From: a virus | Direction: 5' to 3' (one strand) | UHGV virus genome: UHGV-1550212 | DNA: 64,000 bases | In this document: positions 28,216 to 36,134 of the stretch, one piece after another | Layout of the letters: the number at the start of each line of letters is the position of its first letter | Numbering within the stretch: the stretch's first letter is position 1 | The notes under the pieces: model-generated | What the model was told of the DNA's origin: nothing | Database searches by the model: none | The model's input: only the letters and a program-made list of their open reading frames with translations | Made by a program: the position numbers and the translations under genes

Positions 28216-28701
28216 TCATTTGTAGTGCTCAGTTATGTATGCTGAGCATAGCAATACAACTGATATGCAAATGACAATGTATGTTGGTGTAATCAGTGTC
28301 ACATTAAATAGCAATGCAGTCAATGCGCATACTGTTACTGATATAAGTGTTGAAATGAATACTGCATATGTACTAAACTTGCTTTTGAATAGACGCTCAA
28401 TGATGTACGTTGTTACAATAGATAGCAAGACTATGCATACAAATAACAGCAACCAAGTTGAGTTTGACGTTGTCGGCTCTTCAATAAATTGCAATGTTGC
28501 AGATGATACTTCAATGTTGTTTGGCGCTTGTAAAGTGCCACTTGCTGCATCTGCGTACATCACAGTTAAGTAGTGTCGTTGAATTTCTGCTGCGTCTACT
28601 TTATAGATTCTATGCCATGCAACATCTGATATGATGTATGTTGCAGCCATAAATGCAGCAATGCATAGCATATAAGAGCCAAACTTTGCAATCGGTTTCA
28701 T
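28216..28701 (-). CDS. Multi-pass membrane protein (about 4 predicted TM helices)
   Basis: Start at MKPIAKF (ATG 28701); hydrophobic runs YMLCIAAFMAATYIISDVAW, WLLLFVCIVLLSIVTTYII, VFISTLISVTVCALTALLF, IVICISVVLLCSAYI. Confidence 0.5.
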   Translation of the reverse strand: MKPIAKFGSYMLCIAAFMAATYIISDVAWHRIYKVDAAEIQRHYLTVMYADAASGTLQAPNNIEVSSATLQFIEEPTTSNSTWLLLFVCIVLLSIVTTYIIERLFKSKFSTYAVFISTLISVTVCALTALLFNVTLITPTYIVICISVVLLCSAYITEHYK

Positions 28702-28735
28702 GCAAATATATTTTTGTTTGTATATGTACATAAAA

Positions 28736-28765
28736 GAGCAAGTTCTCAATGTGGAGAACTTGCTC
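28736..28765 (-). terminator. Hairpin (12-bp stem gagcaagttctc / gagaacttgctc, loop aatgtg)
   Basis: Perfect inverted repeat downstream of the tRNA/non-coding region on the minus strand. Confidence 0.4.
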
Positions 28766-29159
28766 AGCTGACCTGTTGCCAGGTGAAAGCGTGGTGCAGC
28801 ACCTTGTGCTGCAATGGCTATGCTGCCATCGCCATAACGGGCTGAGCATTGCCCAGCATCATTACACGACCAGCTGCATTAAGCGTACGCTTTGCTTTGT
28901 TGAAAAATTTGCCAGTTATCTGGTATCTGCACATCTATTCAAGCGACCTACTATGCAATCAAATGCCTGTCGAGCCCAATGTTTGAGCAGTTGTTTGTCA
29001 GATGCTCAGCTGACTGCAGTCTTTCTGAGTGTATCAAGTTCAGCGATTCTGCATCTTTGCTAAATGGCAATAGTTCAGGTGGACTCGCCGAGAATCGAAC
29101 TCGGGTCTTACATAGCGCATCCTTGACTTGGTCCTGTAAACAGGGTTGTCAACATGCAT
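28766..29159 (-). ncRNA. Candidate structured non-coding RNA region downstream of the tRNA cluster, including a tRNA-like 3' half at about 29075-29105
   Basis: About 390 nt with no credible ORF, more GC-rich than surroundings, internal repeats (gctcagctgac twice) and a T-arm/acceptor-like CCGAGTTCGATTCTCGGCGAGTCCACC for which I could not find a pairing 5' acceptor strand. Confidence 0.25.
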
Positions 29160-29230
29160 TGCAATACGACAGGACTCGAACCTGCGACCTCGGATTGGAC
29201 GTCCGCGCTCTTACCGCTGAGCTACGTATT
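29160..29230 (-). tRNA. tRNA-Gly(UCC)-like, atypical (G at position 33, G1:G72 mismatch); possibly a pseudo-tRNA
   Basis: Minus strand GAATACG-TA-GCTCAGCGGTAAGAGC-GCGGA-CGTCCAA-TCCGA-GGTC-GCAGG-TTCGAGT-CCTGT-CGTATTG; canonical D and T arms, anticodon TCC. Confidence 0.5.
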
Positions 29231-29321
29231 CTTATCAATTGACTGCACTGCAATGCAATCAATCGTGCCAATGATATTTGACGCATAATTGCAGTTATGC
29301 GTAACAATTCAAATGTCATTG

Positions 29322-29394
29322 AGCCAACTGCAGGAGTCGAACCTGTAACCTGCTGATTACAAATCAGCTGCTCTGCCAATTGAGCTAAGTTGGC
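29322..29394 (-). tRNA. tRNA-Thr(UGU)
   Basis: GCCAACT-TA-GCTC-AATTGGCA-GAGC-A-GCTGA-TTTGTAA-TCAGC-AGGTT-ACAGG-TTCGACT-CCTGC-AGTTGGC-T; acceptor stem 7/7 paired. Confidence 0.8.
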
Positions 29395-29476
29395 ATAAAG
29401 TCGTTGGGCCATTGCAACCCAAACCTATCATCTTTGTCTAACCAAAGATGCAAGTGTTCTCTTACACCACGACTTG

Positions 29477-29548
29477 TAGCCGAACTTGGAGTCGAACCAA
29501 GCTTTCGAGAATGAAAATCTCGCGTCCTAACCGATAGACGAAACGGCC
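29477..29548 (-). tRNA. tRNA-Glu(UUC)
   Basis: Anticodon arm CGAGA-TTTTCAT-TCTCG, T arm CTTGG-TTCGACT-CCAAG, D loop with GG; acceptor stem has two mismatches at its base, so ends are +/- 2 nt. Confidence 0.65.
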
Positions 29549-29731
29549 AAGAGCAGTTCAAGTCTGCAGCATTGAACTGCGGAAACAATGCCTGTACGGG
29601 CAGCAAATTGTGCAGATACAGCGACATTGCAAAATCACACCGAACCAAGTTTGTGGCTCTTCTGTCTCATAAAAACAAGTAATCATTACACTTGGCACCA
29701 ATGATTCTGATGTAAAAATCGGTGTGTTATG

Positions 29732-29816
29732 CGGAGAGTAAGGGATTCGAACCCCTGGTACGTTGCCGTACAGTGGTTTTCAAGACCACCGCCATCGACC
29801 GCTCGGCCAACTCTCC
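29732..29816 (-). tRNA. tRNA-Ser(UGA), long variable arm
   Basis: GGAGAGT ... GTGGT-CTTGAAA-ACCAC, variable arm TGTACGGCAACGTACCA, T arm AGGGG-TTCGAAT-CCCTT, acceptor 3' ACTCTCC perfectly paired. Confidence 0.85.
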
Positions 29817-30010
29817 ATAAAACATTGCATAAGCATTCTTATCTCTTGATGAGACCAAGTAGCTAATTTGGCAAGTTTGTTATATCTATCGTGACTGTTG
29901 CAGTTTGTTTGTCACTCAATACACAAAACTTTCGAACATTCATTGACAGCACTGCAATATCGCTTTTTAAGCTTAGCCATCAATGTATTTATGCAATGTA
30001 TAACAATTCG

Positions 30011-30092
30011 TAGCCAAACCGGGACTTGAACCCAGACTCCTAATGGAACAACATTTTGAGTGTTGCGTGTCTACCAATTCCACCATTTGGCC
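30011..30092 (-). tRNA. tRNA-Leu(CAA), long variable arm
   Basis: Anticodon arm CAACA-CTCAAAA-TGTTG, variable arm about 13 nt, T arm CTGGG-TTCAAGT-CCCGG, acceptor GGCCAAA/TTTGGCT. Confidence 0.8.
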
Positions 30093-30182
30093 ATTTACAA
30101 ATGCAATCTATTTCACAACTGTTTGCATTTGCATTGTTTAACACTAAAAATATGATTCATCTAATCAAAAACCAGAGAATTG

Positions 30183-30256
30183 TAGGGTAGACAGGACTCA
30201 AACCTGCGACCACGTGGTCCCAAACCACGCATTCTAATCAACTGAACTACTACCCT
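30183..30256 (-). tRNA. tRNA-Pro(UGG)
   Basis: AGGGTAG-TA-GTTC-AGTTGATTA-GAAT-G-CGTGG-TTTGGGA-CCACG-TGGTC-GCAGG-TTTGAGT-CCTGT-CTACCCT-A. Confidence 0.85.
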
Positions 30257-30262
30257 AAGTAG

Positions 30263-30334
30263 TTGAACCGTCTGGACTCGAACCAGAAATGGCTGAACCA
30301 AAATCAGCTGTGTTACCGATTACACCACGATTCA
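30263..30334 (-). tRNA. tRNA-Gln(UUG)
   Basis: TGAATCG-TG-GTGT-AATCGGTA-ACAC-A-GCTGA-TTTTGGT-TCAGC-CATT-TCTGG-TTCGAGT-CCAGA-CGGTTCA-A. Confidence 0.85.
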
Positions 30335-30398
30335 ATCAAATGCAAATCTTTGTAAGGCGTTTGCAATCCTGTAATTTGTTTATGTATTTTATAGTGAT

Positions 30399-30427
30399 AT
30401 AATACTACAAACATTTATGATTTGCAC
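30399..30427 (-). promoter_or_regulatory. Promoter-like motif upstream of the tRNA operon (sense TGCAAATCATAAATGTTTGTAGTATTAT)
   Basis: Same TGCAAA-N16-TAnnAT architecture as the protein-gene motifs, about 65 nt upstream of the tRNA-Gln 5' end. Confidence 0.45.
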
Positions 30428-30450
30428 CATATACTGTAACTTTGTATCAC

Positions 30451-30813
30451 TTAATTGTACAATATGACTCTGTCTTTAAGTTTGTGCATGTGTAGCACGC
30501 TTGTAATATCTACTGGCAACTTATATGACCCATCAGATATTGCAAATGCAGCAAGTTGCATAATCAAATCTGCATTGTCTGTAAGAACTTCTGCAAATTT
30601 ACTGGCATCACAACATGCATAATACTTGCGAATTGTTGTTGCTTGTTTTTGTATGATGACGCGCACGTAAACAGTTTGAGCAATGATTGCGCGTCGTAAA
30701 TCAACTTTGACAATACACATAGTGTCATCGTGGTCATTTATGACATGTCGCCATACACCGTCATTGCAAATGCCGTGCTGTGCTATAAGTATTTTCGTGA
30801 TATCAGACATCAT
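30451..30813 (-). CDS. Hypothetical protein (120 aa)
   Basis: ORF; no motif recognised. Confidence 0.45.
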   Translation of the reverse strand: MMSDITKILIAQHGICNDGVWRHVINDHDDTMCIVKVDLRRAIIAQTVYVRVIIQKQATTIRKYYACCDASKFAEVLTDNADLIMQLAAFAISDGSYKLPVDITSVLHMHKLKDRVILYN

Positions 30814-30858
30814 CTCTGTTCAAATATAATTTTTTGATAATAAAATTCCATACAAATA

Positions 30859-31356
30859 TCATTCGATGTTACCAGATAATATCCGAATGGCATCCAATGC
30901 ATTTTCTCGTATTAAGCCAAACTTACCTATAACTTGAACAAAATGTTTGTCATTTTCAAATGTTGAGTCGTCAAGAATGACATATTGTTTGATGTTATGT
31001 TTATCAACAAGCGCAGGCACTGCAGCAAATCTGTCATAAAAGCCCTCAGCATAAATTGATGGCAACAAATAGCCCGGCATATTGCGCTTAAGCCACATTG
31101 TCTTGCAGTCATCAAGAATAGCCCAACTACTTATCAAGCAAATTGCGCCAACATCTGACATCTGACAAATGTATCTCAACCAGCCAACACAACGTTCGTC
31201 AAATAATTGACCAAACTCATCTCTCGACTGCACATCCATGTTTGCACGATGTTTTGACATGTGCAACATATTGAGATTATCTTGGCTATTCAAAACGCCA
31301 TCAATATCCAAGAAAATTACTTTGTCAGGCCAAATCACTTTGCTTGCTGCGTTCAT
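30859..31356 (-). CDS. HAD-superfamily hydrolase (possible 5'-nucleotidase-type phosphatase)
   Basis: HAD motif I VIFLDIDGVLNS and later ILDDS; 165 aa. Confidence 0.45.
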   Translation of the reverse strand: MNAASKVIWPDKVIFLDIDGVLNSQDNLNMLHMSKHRANMDVQSRDEFGQLFDERCVGWLRYICQMSDVGAICLISSWAILDDCKTMWLKRNMPGYLLPSIYAEGFYDRFAAVPALVDKHNIKQYVILDDSTFENDKHFVQVIGKFGLIRENALDAIRILSGNIE

Positions 31357-32200
31357 AACGATGCTTTATTATGTCTTCTATTGTTAGATTGAGCGCAGGC
31401 CACGTGTCAAACACTTTTTGTAATTGCTCATCTGACTTATTAAGAAGCTTCTTATATGTTGTGCTCAATGATTGATAATGAGCGTCAAGAGCTTTGCTGA
31501 TGTGCGCAAGTGGTATTTGCAAATGCACAATACAATGCAGCACAAATGCTTGTTTGCGAAGTCTTTGAACGCCACCATCCAAACGCCAAATTTGCAGCAT
31601 ATTGCATTTTAACGCATCTTCATACAATGACTGCACAACTTGTATGTTATGCTCTGCTGTAGTACGTCTGCTATCGCGTTTTGTTGCTGCAAGCGACCTG
31701 CGTGAATCTGGGCGTTGTCTTGTGTGCTTAATAGTCTGTGCTGTGACATCATTGATATGAATATGAGTTTTCTCAATGTCAATGAATTCAGTACGATGTT
31801 CTTTTGCTGCAGTTTTTCGTCTGCCAAGTACACGTTTGTCATATACTTGTTCTTGCAGTCGTTCAGACAACTCTGCTTGCAAATCTGCGACTTGTTTGCG
31901 CAATATTGCATTTTGCGCAGATTGTTGTGCTGCAATATCTGCAACAGACATAATGTCAAAGACTGTGTTGAGCTGCAGCCATACATTATATGCGCATTCT
32001 ACAATATGACGTTTGGCTGCATCAATTGTTGCAAATTGCTCACGAGTCTTAAATGCATCAAGCATTGTGCTTATGACATACGCATGCTCACGTTGAATTA
32101 TTGTGATATTGATGCCACCAATTGTTGCAGTCCATTGCATTGGCGCAGATAACTGCACATTGACAGATGCATCAATAGACTTGCGCAATGAATCAAACAT
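31325..32200 (-). CDS. Hypothetical protein with coiled-coil region (291 aa)
   Basis: ORF; its ATG (32200-32198) is preceded on the sense strand by the C-rich spacer CCCCCCCACCCCC. Confidence 0.5.
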   Translation of the reverse strand: MFDSLRKSIDASVNVQLSAPMQWTATIGGINITIIQREHAYVISTMLDAFKTREQFATIDAAKRHIVECAYNVWLQLNTVFDIMSVADIAAQQSAQNAILRKQVADLQAELSERLQEQVYDKRVLGRRKTAAKEHRTEFIDIEKTHIHINDVTAQTIKHTRQRPDSRRSLAATKRDSRRTTAEHNIQVVQSLYEDALKCNMLQIWRLDGGVQRLRKQAFVLHCIVHLQIPLAHISKALDAHYQSLSTTYKKLLNKSDEQLQKVFDTWPALNLTIEDIIKHRYERSKQSDLA

Positions 32201-32208
32201 GGTTGCTT

Positions 32209-32221
32209 GGGGGTGGGGGGG
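32209..32221. repeat. Homopolymeric G tract GGGGGTGGGGGGG in the 24-nt spacer between two minus-strand genes
   Basis: Plus strand ttgggggtgggggggtca; striking in AT-rich DNA. Confidence 0.8.
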
Positions 32222-32224
32222 TCA

Positions 32225-32734
32225 TCATAACATTATGAGTTGTTGACGTGCTTGCATCTGCTCAATGCAATCATCACCTGTTATGCACAAATACTGAGGC
32301 AACTTGTCAAGTGAAATGAGCGTGCAAATGTATGGGTCAAAGAACTTATTTGTTGATGCAAGCAAATCGTAAAATAGACATGCTTGTTCTGCATCAAGTC
32401 GAGTAACAACAAGTCTATTGTAGCCAGGCGCATCGAAACCACATTTAAGCAAATGTCTACCGACGCGTATGTCATTGCCCATTGTCAATGTTGCTACAAG
32501 CATGCTGTCACATTCTACTGCAGGTTCTGAGTAGTGCCAGTTAATTGATGCATACGCAGTTAACACATACATGCCAGCAGTGACGTCCCATTCAGACTCT
32601 GCAATAATTGCCCATGTGCGCTTACCATTGTGCTCAATTTCAACAAAATCACCCCTTGTATATGAATCTACAAGCTTTGCAGTTATCAGATACTGCAGTT
32701 GTTCTATGCTATTGTATTTGATGCAAGTTTTCAT
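32225..32734 (-). CDS. Hypothetical protein (169 aa)
   Basis: ORF ending with TGA immediately before the C-rich spacer. Confidence 0.5.
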   Translation of the reverse strand: MKTCIKYNSIEQLQYLITAKLVDSYTRGDFVEIEHNGKRTWAIIAESEWDVTAGMYVLTAYASINWHYSEPAVECDSMLVATLTMGNDIRVGRHLLKCGFDAPGYNRLVVTRLDAEQACLFYDLLASTNKFFDPYICTLISLDKLPQYLCITGDDCIEQMQARQQLIML

Positions 32735-33029
32735 AATCTGTCAATATAAAGCATCGTACAAGTCTTGAAACGAGTCGTCTATGACCCGTCTCAACTCGTA
32801 TCATATGCTTGGTGAATAGTGGACCTGCTGCTGTAACACAATGTCTGTCAAGGGCATTTAGTACTTTGTTCATTGCAATCAATGGGTGCAAATGACTATT
32901 CGGCCAGCATTCTTCTGCAATGTATGTCAAAATGCCATCGCCATATGACACGACTGCGCATTTGTCTGCAACAAGATGCTTCTTAGCAATCTCTGCAACT
33001 TTCTGTGTAGAACAACACATCACAATCAA
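32709..33029 (-). CDS. Hypothetical protein (106 aa)
   Basis: ORF; 4-nt overlap with the topoisomerase gene end. Confidence 0.4.
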   Translation of the reverse strand: MIVMCCSTQKVAEIAKKHLVADKCAVVSYGDGILTYIAEECWPNSHLHPLIAMNKVLNALDRHCVTAAGPLFTKHMIRVETGHRRLVSRLVRCFILTDYENLHQIQ

Positions 33030-35020
33030 TCATCTGCAGCATCACCATCGAAGCCCATTAGTACTTTGCGTACATGCGCATTGCCGCCGAGCCATGCATT
33101 GATTGCATCCCATGAGTCTTCTTTAGCGACTACTTGTTCGAGTACTGGCGCAGACATAATGTCTTCAAACTCTGTAGAAGTCAATGATGCAAGACCCTTC
33201 TTATGATTGACTTCCCAGTCTTTGCTGCCATTGAATTTGTCTGCGACTTTATTGTAATCATCATAGAAGTAGAACTTTCGCTCTTCACCAGTTTTGCGAT
33301 TGTTGCAAATGATGATTGGCGTGACTACGTTGTACACAAGGCCCATGTCAAATAACTCAGGCCAGAACTTATAGAAGAATAACTGCAGCAATGATGAAAT
33401 GCTGTAGCCATCAACATCAGCATCAGTCAAAATGCAAATCTTGCCATAGCGTAATTTGCGTGGGTCTGCTTTTTCATTGAATCGCAAGCCAAGCGACTGC
33501 ATCAAACCAGCAATTTCAGGCTTTTCTATGAGTTTCTTTGGATTGTCATAGTAGCAATTGCCGATTGACTTACCGCGAATGCAGTAGAAGCCTTGAGTAA
33601 GTGCATTTCGATTGACTCGAATACCTTGTGATGCAGAATCACCTTCTACAATGAATAGCATGCATTCATTACGATTTGTCTTTTGTGCAGCATCTACAAG
33701 TTTATTGACGTGAAACTGCTTTGTCTTGACTTCAAGTTTCTTATTGAGCTCCTTGGCTTCTTTGGCTTTCTCTTTCTCTTCTTCAATCTGTTTCTTGATT
33801 TTGCAGTCCATCAAGATGCGGTCAAGAATTTCAGTTTTTGTCAAGTACTTCTTGAGCTTATCTGAAATGAGAATTGGAAAGCCAAACTTTTGTGTTTTTG
33901 TAGCCAATTTATCTTTGACCTGCGCATCGAATTCAGGATTGGGGATTTTCCACATCGACAAAATTGACATGTGCTTAAATACGTCTTTCTTTGCAGGTTC
34001 AAACCCATATTTGTTTTTGATGTGACTAATCAAAAAGTCTGCGCATACATTCGCGATGAAGTCCATATGCGTGCCATAGTCACATCGAATTGAATTGACT
34101 ATTGCAAAGCTTTCAAAGAAGCCTGCTCTACTTGGACCAATCTCAAAACTGTAGTTTTCGTTTTCATCACCACGAAATTCTTGAGTATGTTCCCATAAGT
34201 CTTTGTATTCCCAGAAGTGTTTGAACTTGAACTCATAGTTTTCACCAGTGACTTCATTGTGCCATTCAACTACAAGTGGATTGTTTACATCGCAGCCCAT
34301 AACTGCGACTTCAATTGCTCGTGATAGCCACTTGTCTACAGTGTCATCTGGAATGTGGTCAAGCGGAGCTGCGTTAATCCACTCCCATCTGCCAAGGTCA
34401 AGATGAGCTTCGATGTATGTAAAATGTTCAGACTTACGGCATTTGCTGACTTTTGCCTCATCATGTCGCCCCATGTTGTCATACCAGCAAATTTCAAGTT
34501 TTTTGCCATCTTTTGCTGTAATGACTTTGAATGACTTAGACATCACATTGACAAGTGACGCGCCAAGACCATTTGTGCCAGACAATGCGCCGCGGTCAGC
34601 AACAAAATTTGAACCAGACCTCAATGAGCCAAATACCATCTGCGGTATGTACTCATTGTACTCTGGATGCATCACTACAGGAATGCCACCGTTGTCCCAT
34701 ACTGCAAGCTTGCCTGTTTTTGGGTTGACTGTGACAGATATGCGATTGACTACTTCTTGTGCATGACTTTGAATGTTACGTTGACGCTCATCAAAACTAT
34801 TATTGATGCACTCATTAAACATTGTATTCAAGCCAATTGACTGATATGTGTCATAGACACGTCGAATCGGTCTTTCAGCATCTTCATATGGACGATACAA
34901 CTCACATTCTTGTTCCGCAAGAAATTCAAGCGAACCTATGTACATGCCGGGCTTCAGTAGACAATGCTCGCGCGATGAAAGTTTTTTGAATTTTTCTGTC
35001 AGAGTGTTTATGTCAGACAT
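33026..35020 (-). CDS. DNA topoisomerase II, GyrB-like ATPase + TOPRIM subunit (T4 gp39/gp60-like, fused)
   Basis: ATPase motifs GLNTMFNECINNSFDE, VWDNGGIPV, GTNGLGASLVNVMS; TOPRIM motifs LFIVEGDSA and KICILTDADVDGYSI. Start at MSDINTL (ATG 35020). Confidence 0.85.
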   Translation of the reverse strand: MSDINTLTEKFKKLSSREHCLLKPGMYIGSLEFLAEQECELYRPYEDAERPIRRVYDTYQSIGLNTMFNECINNSFDERQRNIQSHAQEVVNRISVTVNPKTGKLAVWDNGGIPVVMHPEYNEYIPQMVFGSLRSGSNFVADRGALSGTNGLGASLVNVMSKSFKVITAKDGKKLEICWYDNMGRHDEAKVSKCRKSEHFTYIEAHLDLGRWEWINAAPLDHIPDDTVDKWLSRAIEVAVMGCDVNNPLVVEWHNEVTGENYEFKFKHFWEYKDLWEHTQEFRGDENENYSFEIGPSRAGFFESFAIVNSIRCDYGTHMDFIANVCADFLISHIKNKYGFEPAKKDVFKHMSILSMWKIPNPEFDAQVKDKLATKTQKFGFPILISDKLKKYLTKTEILDRILMDCKIKKQIEEEKEKAKEAKELNKKLEVKTKQFHVNKLVDAAQKTNRNECMLFIVEGDSASQGIRVNRNALTQGFYCIRGKSIGNCYYDNPKKLIEKPEIAGLMQSLGLRFNEKADPRKLRYGKICILTDADVDGYSISSLLQLFFYKFWPELFDMGLVYNVVTPIIICNNRKTGEERKFYFYDDYNKVADKFNGSKDWEVNHKKGLASLTSTEFEDIMSAPVLEQVVAKEDSWDAINAWLGGNAHVRKVLMGFDGDAADD

Positions 35021-35050
35021 GTCTGTAAATTGAGATGTTTGTATATGTAT

Positions 35051-35079
35051 ATTGTACAACAAGAATGCAAAACTTGCAC
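35051..35079 (-). promoter_or_regulatory. Promoter-like motif (sense AGTGCAAGTTTTGCATTCTTGTTGTACAAT)
   Basis: About 30 nt upstream of ATG 35020. Confidence 0.45.
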
Positions 35080-35207
35080 TGAAAATATACACATTTTCAC
35101 ATAACAGCAAGCATAATGCCAAGCAGCACTGCAAGACATATCAAACCTATGCCAAGAACAATAAAGTCCAGCATAGAATACGTGTCATTAGACTGTTTCA
35201 TAAGTAG

Positions 35208-36134
35208 TTATCGCAATTGATTCTTTGCAATGAATGCATTGATGTGCTCTGGCTTGCATACAGCACGATAGTAGAGTTCAAATACTCGTTTAGCAGATGG
35301 CAATTTGCATGCAGTCAAATCTTTATTTTGCATTATAACACCAGTGATGTACTTAATGTCATGTCGTTCAATGTCTGAACAATTATGCTTTGCAGCAAAT
35401 TCAAATGCTTGCTTGATAATTTTTGAACATTCTGCTGTGGTGCATTGCTGAAACGCTATGCAAAACTCTGCATAAGTGCTGCAGTCATTTTGCAGATGTA
35501 ATGCAACAGATGATTTCAACATTGATTCTGTTAAGTACTTTGGCAGCTTGCACAAAATTTTGACGTACTTGCACTTGTCATCTGTCACATGCACGTAGCC
35601 AGACACTGCAAGCATTCTAACATATCGAACAAGTTCTCTATGCTGTAGTGCTGTGCGCAGTATGACATTATTTTGCAGCAAAATTTCATTGTCAACTGTG
35701 CAGTTAAGTGGCAATGTGTTGTATGCTACTTTAAGATACGATAGCTTCGTTAATTGTTGTAAGCCATCATAGCCAACAAAATCTGCTGGCACAATCAGTG
35801 GCAGACTGCAAACGACTTGTCGATTATTTCTGTCAACAATTGTGATTGCTGGGTTTTGCAAGTCAAGCACAGATTTTGAGCAAAACACTTGCATGACACC
35901 TTGAACTGTGACAAATCCGAAGTTCTTGCACAATTGCATATTGCATGTACGAGCTTCTGCTGCGCTAATTGTTGCAATGGGCAACTGTTTGTCGCTACGC
36001 ACATGCATTGGAGCTGGCCATATTGGGTCAGCTCTCAATACAAGCACATGTTTATTGCAGTCATATATTGCAGCAAAATCTGCAAGATTGCTGATGTATC
36101 TTAAAGTAGTGTTACAAATCCCATTCATATGCAT
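35208..36134 (-). CDS. Hypothetical Cys-rich protein (start uncertain)
   Basis: ORF 35208..36350 trimmed to internal Met MHMNGICNT because the N-terminal part overlaps the upstream gene out of frame. Confidence 0.45.
   Translation of the reverse strand: MHMNGICNTTLRYISNLADFAAIYDCNKHVLVLRADPIWPAPMHVRSDKQLPIATISAAEARTCNMQLCKNFGFVTVQGVMQVFCSKSVLDLQNPAITIVDRNNRQVVCSLPLIVPADFVGYDGLQQLTKLSYLKVAYNTLPLNCTVDNEILLQNNVILRTALQHRELVRYVRMLAVSGYVHVTDDKCKYVKILCKLPKYLTESMLKSSVALHLQNDCSTYAEFCIAFQQCTTAECSKIIKQAFEFAAKHNCSDIERHDIKYITGVIMQNKDLTACKLPSAKRVFELYYRAVCKPEHINAFIAKNQLR

Noticed and set aside
29075-29159. Possible eighth tRNA
   Set aside because: Has a good T arm and 3' acceptor strand, but I could not find a complementary 5' acceptor strand, D arm or anticodon arm by hand; kept only as part of the candidate ncRNA region.
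29396-29476. Hairpin-rich segment between tRNA-Thr and tRNA-Glu (catctttgg ttagac caaagatg; ttggg ... cccaa) considered as a tRNA
   Set aside because: Stem-loops do not assemble into a cloverleaf with a 7-nt T loop; probably processing-signal or spacer structure.
28610-29648. ORF-track entries 28610-28849(-), 28749-29063(+), 28979-29242(+), 29149-29412(-), 29385-29648(-)
   Set aside because: They overlap tRNA genes or the non-coding tRNA-flanking region and have Cys/His-rich nonsense-like translations; rejected as coding.
33026-35020. Looked for group I introns or additional inteins in topoisomerase, ligase, terminase and capsid genes
   Set aside because: Reading frames are continuous and conserved motifs appear in the expected order without insertions; only the reductase shows an intein-like interruption.
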